Shown piece after piece: positions 29,395-37,582 of a stretch of DNA of 64,000 nt; the stretch's first letter is position 1; the number at the start of each line of letters is the position of its first letter. The notes beneath the pieces are model-generated. The model worked only from the letters and a program-made list of their open reading frames with translations, was not told the origin of the DNA and made no database searches. Origin of the DNA: Candidatus Latescibacterota bacterium (GTDB taxonomy: Bacteria > Latescibacterota > UBA2968); NCBI GenBank assembly GCA_965207885.1, contig OZ242311.1, forward strand, positions 704,001-768,000. Reading direction: 5' to 3'. A program made the position numbers and the translations under genes.

Positions 29395-31167
29395 GTGTTC
29401 ATCTGTGGTTGCTTTTTTGGTTTTTCTGTGGTTGCTTCTTTATCCGAGAGGGGGTCAGCTATCAATACCAATGATTCTGATCGTCAGAGAAAGTCACCTG
29501 AAGATTTTCTTCAGGACTATGTGGATATGCAGCATACGTTTCAGTCGCTGTCGATTATCGATCAAATTTTGATGACGATGGATGAGACGGATCGACGGCG
29601 GCCCCTGTTGTACCAGTTGCGCCGGCAGCTTCAGGAAGATGAGATTACGTTTGAGGATGCGAGGCGCACGATTGTGGAGCTGGAAGGGGCGCTGGAGAAG
29701 GTGACGGCGCCGGCAAATCGGGTTGGTACGTTGCTGTCGCCGCCGGAAAATGGCATCGCGTACATTACGGTGGGGGGGGCGGAGTATTACGCCAATGTGG
29801 ATTCCCGGTTGGATGAGCGACGTTTGAAGGTGGGGACGCGGGTGCTGGTGAATGAGGCGTTTGCCGTGGTGGGCGATATGGGCGAGTCTCCGTCGGGTAC
29901 GGTGGGTAAAATTGTCGATGTGCTGGACGATGGGCGTTTGCAGGTGGGGCAAGAACACGGTTCGCAGACGCATGTTTTGCTGCGGGGGGCCGATCTGGAG
30001 GCCGAGGCTTTGAAGGCGGGCGAAGAGGTGCGGATCGATCCGCATTTTCGCGTGGCGCTGGAGAAGATGCCTCATTCCGAGGTTAAGGATTTTTATCTGG
30101 AGGAAGTTCCGGATTTGCCGTGGGAGAAGATCGGTGGGCAAAAGGATGCGATTCAGGCGATTAAGGATACGATTGAGATGCCGGTGTTGCACCCAGAGTT
30201 GTTTAAGCGGTTTCAGTACAGTACGCCCAAGGGGTTTTTGTTGTACGGTCCGCCGGGGTGCGGCAAGACGCTGATTGGGAAGGCGACGGCGTACAATCTG
30301 GAGAAGCAGGTGCAGGAAGACGGTTTGAATCTCAAGGCGTGTTTTATGCATATTAAGGGTCCTGAGATTTTGAATATGTGGTTGGGAGAGTCCGAGCGCA
30401 AGGTGCGCGAGATTTTTTCTCAGGCGCGCGAGAAGCGGCGCGAGGGGTTTTTGCCGGTGGTGTTTATCGACGAGGCAGAGTCGGTGTTAGGGACGCGGCG
30501 GGCGATTCGGTCGCACAATATTTCAAATACGGTTGTGCCGATGTTCTGCTCCGAGATGGACGGGATCGATTCCCTGCAAGATGTGGTGATTATTTTGACG
30601 TCCAATCGTCCAGATTTGATCGATCCGGCAATTTTGCGCCCGGGGCGTATTGATCGCAAGATCAAGGTGCTGCGTCCGGATGAGGATGCCGCGCGCGAGA
30701 TTCTGGGTATTTATTTGACGGCCAATTTGCCGCTGTCAGAGGATGCGTTAAACGCGCACGATGGCGATGTACGGGCAGCGGTTGACGATCTTGTGGCGCG
30801 CACGATAGCAGAGATATATGCCAGGCGCGATGATACGCGCTTTTTAGAGGTGTTGCTCAGAAGCGGTCGCAAGGAGGTGTTGAGCCGCGGAGATCTGTGT
30901 AGCGGGGCTATTCTCGAGTCTATTGTGCAGCGCGCGAAGGAGATTGCGATTAAGCGGTGTATTGCGTCGGGCGCAGAAGATGGGATTGGTTTTGACGATT
31001 TGCTCGTGGGAATAGAGACCGAGTACAGCGAGAATGAGATTTTCCCGCCGACGGATAATACAGAGGATTGGTTGAAGTTGCTGGATTACGATCCGGAAAA
31101 TGTGGTGCGCGCAGTACCGATTCGCCCCAGGCGAGAGCGACGCATCTCAAGGCATGGCGTGGTTTGA
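29395..31167 (+). CDS. arc: Proteasome-associated AAA+ ATPase ARC/Mpa; true start probably downstream of the repeat-derived 29395 GTG
   Basis: N-terminal coiled coil and OB region, GPPGCGKT, HIKGPEILNMWLGESERKVREIF, FIDEAE, SNRPDLIDPAILRPGRIDRKI. Confidence 0.92.
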   Translation: MFICGCFFGFSVVASLSERGSAINTNDSDRQRKSPEDFLQDYVDMQHTFQSLSIIDQILMTMDETDRRRPLLYQLRRQLQEDEITFEDARRTIVELEGALEKVTAPANRVGTLLSPPENGIAYITVGGAEYYANVDSRLDERRLKVGTRVLVNEAFAVVGDMGESPSGTVGKIVDVLDDGRLQVGQEHGSQTHVLLRGADLEAEALKAGEEVRIDPHFRVALEKMPHSEVKDFYLEEVPDLPWEKIGGQKDAIQAIKDTIEMPVLHPELFKRFQYSTPKGFLLYGPPGCGKTLIGKATAYNLEKQVQEDGLNLKACFMHIKGPEILNMWLGESERKVREIFSQAREKRREGFLPVVFIDEAESVLGTRRAIRSHNISNTVVPMFCSEMDGIDSLQDVVIILTSNRPDLIDPAILRPGRIDRKIKVLRPDEDAAREILGIYLTANLPLSEDALNAHDGDVRAAVDDLVARTIAEIYARRDDTRFLEVLLRSGRKEVLSRGDLCSGAILESIVQRAKEIAIKRCIASGAEDGIGFDDLLVGIETEYSENEIFPPTDNTEDWLKLLDYDPENVVRAVPIRPRRERRISRHGVV

Positions 31168-31257
31168 AGTGAGAAGTGAGAAGTGTGAAGTGAGAAGTGT
31201 GAACAACTGTAGGGGCGAGGCATGCGTCATTGCGGCGTGTTGTTAGCCGCAATCCAG
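31165..31257 (+). repeat. Heptamer run, half GTAG-REP (31209) and GTCAT-hairpin (31226-31257)
   Basis: Read directly from the sequence. Confidence 0.85.
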
Positions 31258-31290
31258 AAGGTTTTGTCATTACTGGCGTTGTGAGATAAT

Positions 31291-32814
31291 ATGACGCGTT
31301 TATTCGGTATAGAAACGGAATATGGGATCACGATTGACGAGGTGGATAAGGTCGATGTGGTCGAAGAGTCGATGCAGTTGATTCGATGCTATCAGCAAGG
31401 GGCTTTTGTTCCGTTGTGGGATTATCGGCTGGAGAATCCCCGGCGGGATGAGCGGGGGTTTGAGGTCAAAAATCTGTTGAATGATGCCGATGAAAAGGTG
31501 CATTTGCAACAGGACCGCAAGCGCAAGATTCCGTTTAAAGAATTGAAGAGCGATTTGATTATTTACAATGGTTCCCGGTTTTACAACGATCACACGCATC
31601 CGGAGTATTCAACGGGTGAGTGCACGAGTTTGTTCGAGCTTGTGGCGCAGGATAAGGCGGGGGAGCGCATTGTGGATATTTGCGCGCAGCGGCGCACGGA
31701 GATGCTCGATCAGGGCGTTGTGCGGATGTATAAGAATAATACGGATTTCGAAGGGCACAGCTATGGATGTCACGAGAATTATTTGATGGATCGCTCGGTG
31801 CCTTTCGAGCGTATATTAGAGGGGTTGTTGCTGTTTTTTCCCACGCGGCAGATTTTTTGTGGGGCTGGGAAGGTGGGTGTTGAGCGGGAGGATCGCGCGC
31901 CGATTTATCAGTTGTCGCAACGCGCGGAGTTTTTTGAGGTGATCGCGAGTGTGGATACGATGCACAAGCGTCCGGTTGTGAATACGCGCGATGAACCCCA
32001 CGCAGATGCGGCGCAATATCGCCGGTTGCACGTGATTGTGGGCGATGCCAATATGTCGGAGTATATGACGGCGCTCAAGGTGGGGTCAACGGCGCTGGTG
32101 ATCGATTTGATTGAGGCGGATTGTTTGCCCGATTATCGGCTGAAGGATCCGATTGCGGCGATGAAGAATATCGCCCGGGATCAGTCGCATGCGTGGCTGG
32201 TAGAGGTCGAGGGCCCCGGCCATCGCCTCGTTCCTGCGGTTGAAATTCAGGATGCGTTTTTGACTCTGGCACGACGCGAGTTTGCCGGGCGGGATCGAGA
32301 GACGGATTGGGTGTTGTCTGCGTGGGAAGATGTGATAGAGAAGTTGAGCCGCGATCCAATGGATCTGGTGGGGGTGTGCGATTGGGTGACGAAGAAGTGG
32401 CTGATCGATAGTTTTTGCGAGGCGGAGAATCTGGCGTGGGATAATCCCGATGATTTGTTCTGGATGCAGAGTCAGGATCTGGAATATAGCAATGTGGATC
32501 GGGATGCGGGGTTGTATTATTTGCTGGAGTCGCAGGGGCAGATGGTGCGTCTGGTGGGCGATGATGAGGTGGCAGCGGCAATGTCGGAACCGCCTTCGGG
32601 TACGCGGGCGTATTTTCGAGGACGCAGTTTGGAGAAGTTCGGCGATTATGTGTCGTCGATTAACTGGGATCGCATTGTGTTTAAACGCAATGGTCGCCAG
32701 CATGCGGTGGATATGAAATTATTGGTGGATGAAGAGCGGGTGCAGCGTTATAATGAGGTACTCGATAGTTCGGAGACGTTGGAGAGTTTTTTAGAGGCGT
32801 TGGAGAAAGTGTGA
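31291..32814 (+). CDS. dop: Dop-like depupylase/deamidase
   Basis: GIETEYG, Dop-loop WDY..ENPRRDERGF, NDHTHPEYST, GHSYGCHENY, NTRDEPHAD, RRLHVIVGDANMSE. Confidence 0.9.
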   Translation: MTRLFGIETEYGITIDEVDKVDVVEESMQLIRCYQQGAFVPLWDYRLENPRRDERGFEVKNLLNDADEKVHLQQDRKRKIPFKELKSDLIIYNGSRFYNDHTHPEYSTGECTSLFELVAQDKAGERIVDICAQRRTEMLDQGVVRMYKNNTDFEGHSYGCHENYLMDRSVPFERILEGLLLFFPTRQIFCGAGKVGVEREDRAPIYQLSQRAEFFEVIASVDTMHKRPVVNTRDEPHADAAQYRRLHVIVGDANMSEYMTALKVGSTALVIDLIEADCLPDYRLKDPIAAMKNIARDQSHAWLVEVEGPGHRLVPAVEIQDAFLTLARREFAGRDRETDWVLSAWEDVIEKLSRDPMDLVGVCDWVTKKWLIDSFCEAENLAWDNPDDLFWMQSQDLEYSNVDRDAGLYYLLESQGQMVRLVGDDEVAAAMSEPPSGTRAYFRGRSLEKFGDYVSSINWDRIVFKRNGRQHAVDMKLLVDEERVQRYNEVLDSSETLESFLEALEKV

Positions 32815-32925
32815 AGTAGGAAGTGTGAAGTGTGAGGGGTGATTGTCATCGCGGCAGGGTGTAAGCCGCGATCCAGAAGATTTTGCCTTTTACTCTGTGT
32901 TCATCGGTGTTCATCGGTGGTTGCT
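32808..32925 (+). repeat. Heptamers, GTCAT-hairpin (32845-32876) and TTCATCGGTG units
   Basis: Read directly from the sequence. Confidence 0.8.
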
Positions 32926-32947
32926 TTTTTCATTAAGGAGGCCGTAG

Positions 32948-33139
32948 ATGGATAAGGTCTTACAGTTTGAACGACGGACGAAGCCGGTCGATCCGGGAGG
33001 ACCTGGTCCGGGTGATGATGGCGATGGTGGCCCCGCGCGCCCGAAGGTGGAGCGGCCAGACACACGCGATTTGCTGCGGCGCATGCGGCGCGTTGATCCC
33101 AATCAGGCGCGGCGCTATCGCCAGCGTACAGGCGAGTAG
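32948..33139 (+). CDS. ubact: UBact, ubiquitin-like (Pup-analogous) modifier
   Basis: 63 aa, Gly/Pro-rich disordered N-half, LLRRMRRVDP.QARRYRQRTGE C-terminus (R[T/S]G[E/Q]); RBS AAGGAGG; sits between dop and prcB. Confidence 0.92.
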   Translation: MDKVLQFERRTKPVDPGGPGPGDDGDGGPARPKVERPDTRDLLRRMRRVDPNQARRYRQRTGE

Positions 33140-33142
33140 CTT

Positions 33143-33946
33143 ATGCAATCGGGTGGGGATTTTGTCGATTTGTTGCGGCAATCGGGCTACCGGTTTCCGG
33201 GTGAGAATTTGGGCGATGTACAGGCCGAGCGCGCGTTGCCTTTTGAGCCTACGGATGCGACGACGATTCTGGCATTTCAATATGCCGATGGGGTGCTCGT
33301 TGCAGGCGATCGCCGCGCCACTGCGGGCAATATGGTGCTTTACGACCGCGCGGATAAGGTGATCGATCTGGATGCGTTTTCGGTGATGGCGATTTCAGGG
33401 TCGCCTTCGATTGCGTTTGAGATTGCGCGTATTCTGGAGCATGCGTTTCAGTATTATCGCCGCCGTTTGCTTCAGGAGATGAGTTTGCAGGCGAAGTTGC
33501 GCCGGTTGTCGCTGTTGATCAAGGATAATTTGCCGATGGCGATGCAGGGTATTGGCGCTGTGATTCCCATTTTTGCGACGTATGACCGGGTGGATGCGCG
33601 GGGTAAAATTTATTTTTACGATGCGCTGGGGGCGCAGTTCGAGAGTGCGGATTTTACGACGACGGGGTCGGGGTCGCCGGCGATTCGCGGGGCGATGTAT
33701 TATTTGAATCGCTGGGGCGGTCGGCGGTTTGTGGATATGGATCGCGATGCGGCTATCGGGCACGCGCTCCAGCTTCTGGATACGGCGTCGGAATACGATT
33801 CGGCGACGGGTCGATACGAGCGGTCGGCTGATATTTTTCCGTCGGTGAAGACGATTACGGCGTCGGGTTTGGAAGAGATCGAGACCGAGGCGTTGCGACA
33901 GCTCTATGTTCAATATGTGGATGGGGAGGAGGCGGGACGCGCATGA
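33143..33946 (+). CDS. prcB: 20S proteasome beta subunit (Ntn Thr protease with propeptide)
   Basis: Propeptide|TTILAFQY.DGVLVAGDRRATAGN...DKV, GSGS, D..TG. Confidence 0.92.
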   Translation: MQSGGDFVDLLRQSGYRFPGENLGDVQAERALPFEPTDATTILAFQYADGVLVAGDRRATAGNMVLYDRADKVIDLDAFSVMAISGSPSIAFEIARILEHAFQYYRRRLLQEMSLQAKLRRLSLLIKDNLPMAMQGIGAVIPIFATYDRVDARGKIYFYDALGAQFESADFTTTGSGSPAIRGAMYYLNRWGGRRFVDMDRDAAIGHALQLLDTASEYDSATGRYERSADIFPSVKTITASGLEEIETEALRQLYVQYVDGEEAGRA

Positions 33947-34740
33947 TGTTGTCTGATGAGCCGTATCGCTGGGCAGAGGCTGTTGCGAATCGGCGCGATT
34001 ATATTGAAGATCAGATCCGGACGGGGAGTCCGGTCGTGGGTGTGGGTTACGAGGGCGGTGTTTTGTTGTTGACGCTGTCGCAGAGTCAGCAGAAGGTGTT
34101 TGAGGTGTACGATCGCCTCTTGCTCGCGGGGATTGGGCATTCGACGGATATCGAGAATCTGCGGCAGGCTGCGATTGATATGGCGCATTCGATTGGGTTT
34201 AATTATTCAGAAGACGATGTGACACTGCGCCAGATTGTGTATTTTGGTCTCGGTCCTGCGATTAAGGCGGGGTTTGACGATGTGGTGCGGTCTCCTTTTT
34301 TGGCGCGGGTGCTTCTCGCGGAGTTAGATGGGCAGGAGGGCGCGCATATTTTTTATTCTGTGGATTACGATGGCGCGTTTCACCGGCACGAGAAATGGGC
34401 TGCTGTGGGGGGCGTTGTGGAGGCGGATGTGATGATGGTGCGCGAGTTGTCGGGTTTGGATACGGAGGCGTTGTCACTATCTGATGCCGCAGGTGCCGCG
34501 CTTCGCGCATGGGCAATGGGGCGATGGATTGGGAAGATGGATGAGGTGCCCACCGATGCCGACGCGTTGGATCAGGTGGTCGGGGAGGTCGATGTGGCTG
34601 ATGTGCTTGGGACGGAGTTGAAGGATCTGGAGGTGGAGGCGGTGGTGCTCGAGCGGTCGCGGGTAGGTAAAAACAAGTACCGCAATGTCGATGCAGAAGA
34701 AATTGCGCCCGCGCTGGCGCAGTTCATTGAGAATGCGTAA
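33943..34740 (+). CDS. prcA: 20S proteasome alpha subunit
   Basis: EPYRWAEAV.NRRDYI...I..GSPVV, KVFEVYDRL..AGIG...DIE.LR. Confidence 0.9.
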   Translation: MMLSDEPYRWAEAVANRRDYIEDQIRTGSPVVGVGYEGGVLLLTLSQSQQKVFEVYDRLLLAGIGHSTDIENLRQAAIDMAHSIGFNYSEDDVTLRQIVYFGLGPAIKAGFDDVVRSPFLARVLLAELDGQEGAHIFYSVDYDGAFHRHEKWAAVGGVVEADVMMVRELSGLDTEALSLSDAAGAALRAWAMGRWIGKMDEVPTDADALDQVVGEVDVADVLGTELKDLEVEAVVLERSRVGKNKYRNVDAEEIAPALAQFIENA

Positions 34741-34769
34741 GAAGCGGTCAACGGTCGGCAATTAGAGCC

Positions 34770-34801
34770 GTCATTGCGGCATGCTTAAAGCCGCAATCCA
34801 G
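34770..34801 (+). repeat. GTCAT-hairpin element
   Basis: GTCATTGCGGCATGCTTAAAGCCGCAATCCAG. Confidence 0.85.
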
Positions 34802-34848
34802 TGGGTGGTGGAAGGGAAGGGCTGAAAGCTGAAAATTGAGGGGTCCCA

Positions 34849-36309
34849 ATGAGAGATCGCATTTTTGGCATAGAAACCGAGTATGGGTGTTTGGCTCCCG
34901 AGCACGAGGGTTTTGTGAGTCCCGATACCATTTCGGTGAAGGTTAAGGATCACATTTTTCACGTTGACCGTATCGGGATTGTGGATATTCACTATCGCGG
35001 ACGGGATGAACCCCCGGGCAATGGGGGTTTTTTGTTTAATGCCGGGCGGGTTTATATCGATATGGGGCATCTGGAATACGCGACGCCGGAGTGTATGGGG
35101 TTGTGGGATATTGTGGCTTTTGATCGGGCTGGCGATCTCATTTTGCACCGGGCATTGCACGCGCTGGGGTTGGCTAAAGAAGCGGCGTTTTTGAAGAATA
35201 ATATCGATCACTATACGGGCGCGACGTTTGGCTGTCACGAAAATTATCTGGTCAGGCGCAATGTGCCTTTTTCAACGGTTGTCATTCCCGCGCTGTTGCC
35301 GTTTTTGGTGACGCGCCAGATTTTTTGCGGTGCAGGTCGCGTGGGCAGTTATGACGACAGTTTTTATTATTATGGGCACAATGCGCGCGATGTGACCAAC
35401 CGGGAAGATCCGGTGGATTTCCAGATTTCTCAGCGTGCGGATCATATTGTGACTGAGATTTATCAGTGGATTCAGTTTTCTCGCGCGATTATCAATACGC
35501 GAGATGAACCGCTGGCCGATCACAGCAAGTACCGCCGTTTGCACCTTCTGGTGGGCGATTCAAATATGTCGGAGTATGCGACGGCACTGAAGGTTGGCAC
35601 GACTGCGATGGTGCTGAATCTTCTGGAGCGGAAGATTTTTCCGGGGGATGTGGTGGAGTTGGGCGATCCGGTGTGGGCACTGAAGGAGATTTCGCGCGAT
35701 CCAACACATAAGTGGATTCTGGACCGGCAGAATGGGCGGTCTATTTCGGCTATTGATATACAGCGCGTTTATCTGGATTTGTCGCAGCGCTATTTGAGGG
35801 GTCTGGATGAGGAGTCGGATTGGGTGCTGGATGAGTGGGAGCGCACGCTGGATGATCTGGAGTCCGATCCGATGCAGTTGACAGATCGTCTGGACTGGGT
35901 GGCGAAGAAGTGGTTGTTGGATGCGTTTCGCGAGTCGGAGAATTTGAGCTGGGACGATCCGTGGTTGCAGAGTTTGGATCTGGAGTATCACAATATCGAT
36001 CCCAATCGCGGGTTGTATTTCGATCTGGAGCAACAGGGTAAGATGAAGCGCGTGTTGACCGATGATCGCGTTGAAGAGGCTTGTGGGACGCCTCCGGCTG
36101 ATACGCGGGCAAAGGCGCGGGCGGCAATGGTGAAGACGTTGTCGCAAAATCGGGTGCGGTATATTGTGGATTGGGATTCGGTGTATTTGGAAAATGATTA
36201 CCATTTGAGTTTTCGCGATCCGTTTGATACGTATGACGAGGCGGTAGAGGCGTTTGCCGAGGAGGTCGAGATCGCGTCGAAGATGATGGGGTTGAGAAGG
36301 GGGAAGTAG
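34849..36309 (+). CDS. pafA: PafA-like Pup/UBact-protein ligase
   Basis: RIFGIETEYG, FLFNAGRVYIDMGHLEYATPEC, FGCHENY, RAIINTRDEPLAD, RRLHLLVGDSNMSE, DLEYH. Confidence 0.9.
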   Translation: MRDRIFGIETEYGCLAPEHEGFVSPDTISVKVKDHIFHVDRIGIVDIHYRGRDEPPGNGGFLFNAGRVYIDMGHLEYATPECMGLWDIVAFDRAGDLILHRALHALGLAKEAAFLKNNIDHYTGATFGCHENYLVRRNVPFSTVVIPALLPFLVTRQIFCGAGRVGSYDDSFYYYGHNARDVTNREDPVDFQISQRADHIVTEIYQWIQFSRAIINTRDEPLADHSKYRRLHLLVGDSNMSEYATALKVGTTAMVLNLLERKIFPGDVVELGDPVWALKEISRDPTHKWILDRQNGRSISAIDIQRVYLDLSQRYLRGLDEESDWVLDEWERTLDDLESDPMQLTDRLDWVAKKWLLDAFRESENLSWDDPWLQSLDLEYHNIDPNRGLYFDLEQQGKMKRVLTDDRVEEACGTPPADTRAKARAAMVKTLSQNRVRYIVDWDSVYLENDYHLSFRDPFDTYDEAVEAFAEEVEIASKMMGLRRGK

Positions 36310-36422
36310 GAAGGGTGAAGGAGGAAGTAGGAAGTGAGAAGTAGGAAGTGAGAAGGGGGAAGTAGGAAGGGTGAAGTGGGAAGGATGTAGGGGCGACCCC
36401 CTGTGGTCGCCCGTTTTTTTTT
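36294..36422 (+). repeat. Degenerate heptamer array and GTAG-REP hairpin with T-tract (probable terminator of the proteasome operon)
   Basis: GAAG(T/G)NN run, then GTAGGGGCGACCCCCTGTGGTCGCCCG-T9. Confidence 0.75.
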
Positions 36423-36424
36423 GC

Positions 36425-36655
36425 TTATCTCTTTCCCAAAACTACAACTTCTTCGTCTTTTTTCATTCGTTCTATGACTATGAACATTTCCAATGCTGTT
36501 TGGCATTCATTAGGGTCTTCAAATGTGACAGACGACCTTATAACTTCGGTCTGTGAAAAAAAGTCTTTTCCTGCCCATACATATTTGTGGGGCCCTTGAT
36601 TTGTGTAGTCTTCTAAAGACGACTCTTCATCATCAATAACGTAAAATTGTATCAT
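36425..36655 (-). CDS. Small low-GC hypothetical protein (weak YegP/DUF1508 resemblance)
   Basis: RBS AGGAGAGAAGGA before MIQFYV; KYVW.......EVIRSS..F.....C...L pattern. Confidence 0.45.
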   Translation of the reverse strand: MIQFYVIDDEESSLEDYTNQGPHKYVWAGKDFFSQTEVIRSSVTFEDPNECQTALEMFIVIERMKKDEEVVVLGKR

Positions 36656-36761
36656 TCCTTCTCTCCTATTTTTGCGCATGGGCATGAGTGAGCCTATCGG
36701 CATGGTATAGATTTCCCTTTGCAAAGTCAACCTATATTTGACAAAACACCAGGAGGATTGC

Positions 36762-36830
36762 ATATCAATAAATGTAGCAAACCGTACGATTTTCGAGCAC
36801 GACAGCATCGACATTCTGCGGGAAATCAAC
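36762..36830 (+). pseudogene. 5' remnant of an N4/N6 DNA methyltransferase gene
   Basis: AGGAGG, then ATA (possible decayed start) SINVANRTIFEHDSIDILREIN, resembling the NRT.F.GDNL.ILR.IN start of these MTases; no DPPF/Y follows. Confidence 0.4.
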
Positions 36831-36892
36831 TTTTTGAAACTCTTGATGAGTCTTCTAAATAATCTAAAAGCCTTCTACATCATCCCGCTTTT

Positions 36893-37438
36893 TTAGCCCC
36901 GCCTGCTTCTTCCGCCGCGTCGTCCAGAGTAGTGGCGAGAGCTCATGGGCAGGTACGCGCGGGCGATTTTTTGACTGGCGCGGTCGAGTTTGGTATAGTC
37001 GGGGATTTTGTAGCGTTTGCGCGTTATGGCGTCGGTGAATACGATTTCGGGAAATGCGTTGAGGTTGAGGTTCTGATCGCCGCGGATTGTGAAGCGCATA
37101 GGTCCCGCGTCGGTGTTGATGTCCCAGGTTGTGCCGCCTTCTTTGTTGCTTTCGATGTTGAGTATGGTCTGGATTTTGGGGATGTCATAGCGGTTTTTGA
37201 GGTGTTCTTCAACGCGTGTCCGGGATTGTGGGTTTAATCCGTCGAGTGTGGGCAACAGGCCCAGTTCGGTTCCGTCCCGGTCGCGGAGGCTGATCCATTG
37301 GTCGGGCGTGGAAAAGGGGAAGCAGCGCGCGATGTGATCGATGTGTAGTTCTTCTCCGTCGGCACAGAGGATCAGGCTGTCGCCGTTTTGACGTATGTCA
37401 ATGGTTTCGGGGATGAGTTGTTGTATCATGATATCCAT
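36893..37438 (-). CDS. DUF1854-domain protein
   Basis: RCFPFSTPDQWISL.D.DG.ELG...L..RY.IP.I..I.......W...TD.G...F; downstream of an ABC exporter. Confidence 0.75.
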   Translation of the reverse strand: MDIMIQQLIPETIDIRQNGDSLILCADGEELHIDHIARCFPFSTPDQWISLRDRDGTELGLLPTLDGLNPQSRTRVEEHLKNRYDIPKIQTILNIESNKEGGTTWDINTDAGPMRFTIRGDQNLNLNAFPEIVFTDAITRKRYKIPDYTKLDRASQKIARAYLPMSSRHYSGRRGGRSRRG

Positions 37439-37450
37439 GTGGAGGTCTCC

Positions 37451-37580
37451 GTAGGGGACGGCCCCTGTGCCGTCCCGTCTGTCATCGCGGCATGGTGTTA
37501 GCCGCGATCCAGAGGTTTTGATTTTGCCTTTCGCTTTTTGCCTTTCATCCGTGTTTATCTGTGTTCATCGGTGGTTGCTT
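37451..37580 (+). repeat. GTAG-REP, GTCAT-hairpin (37481-37512), TTTGCC run and ATCYGTG units
   Basis: Read directly from the sequence. Confidence 0.85.
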
Positions 37581-37582
37581 TT

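Noticed and set aside
32948-33139. Calling the modifier Pup
   Set aside because: It lacks the GG(E/Q) end and Pup's acidic helix pattern; it matches the UBact R[T/S]G[E/Q] signature
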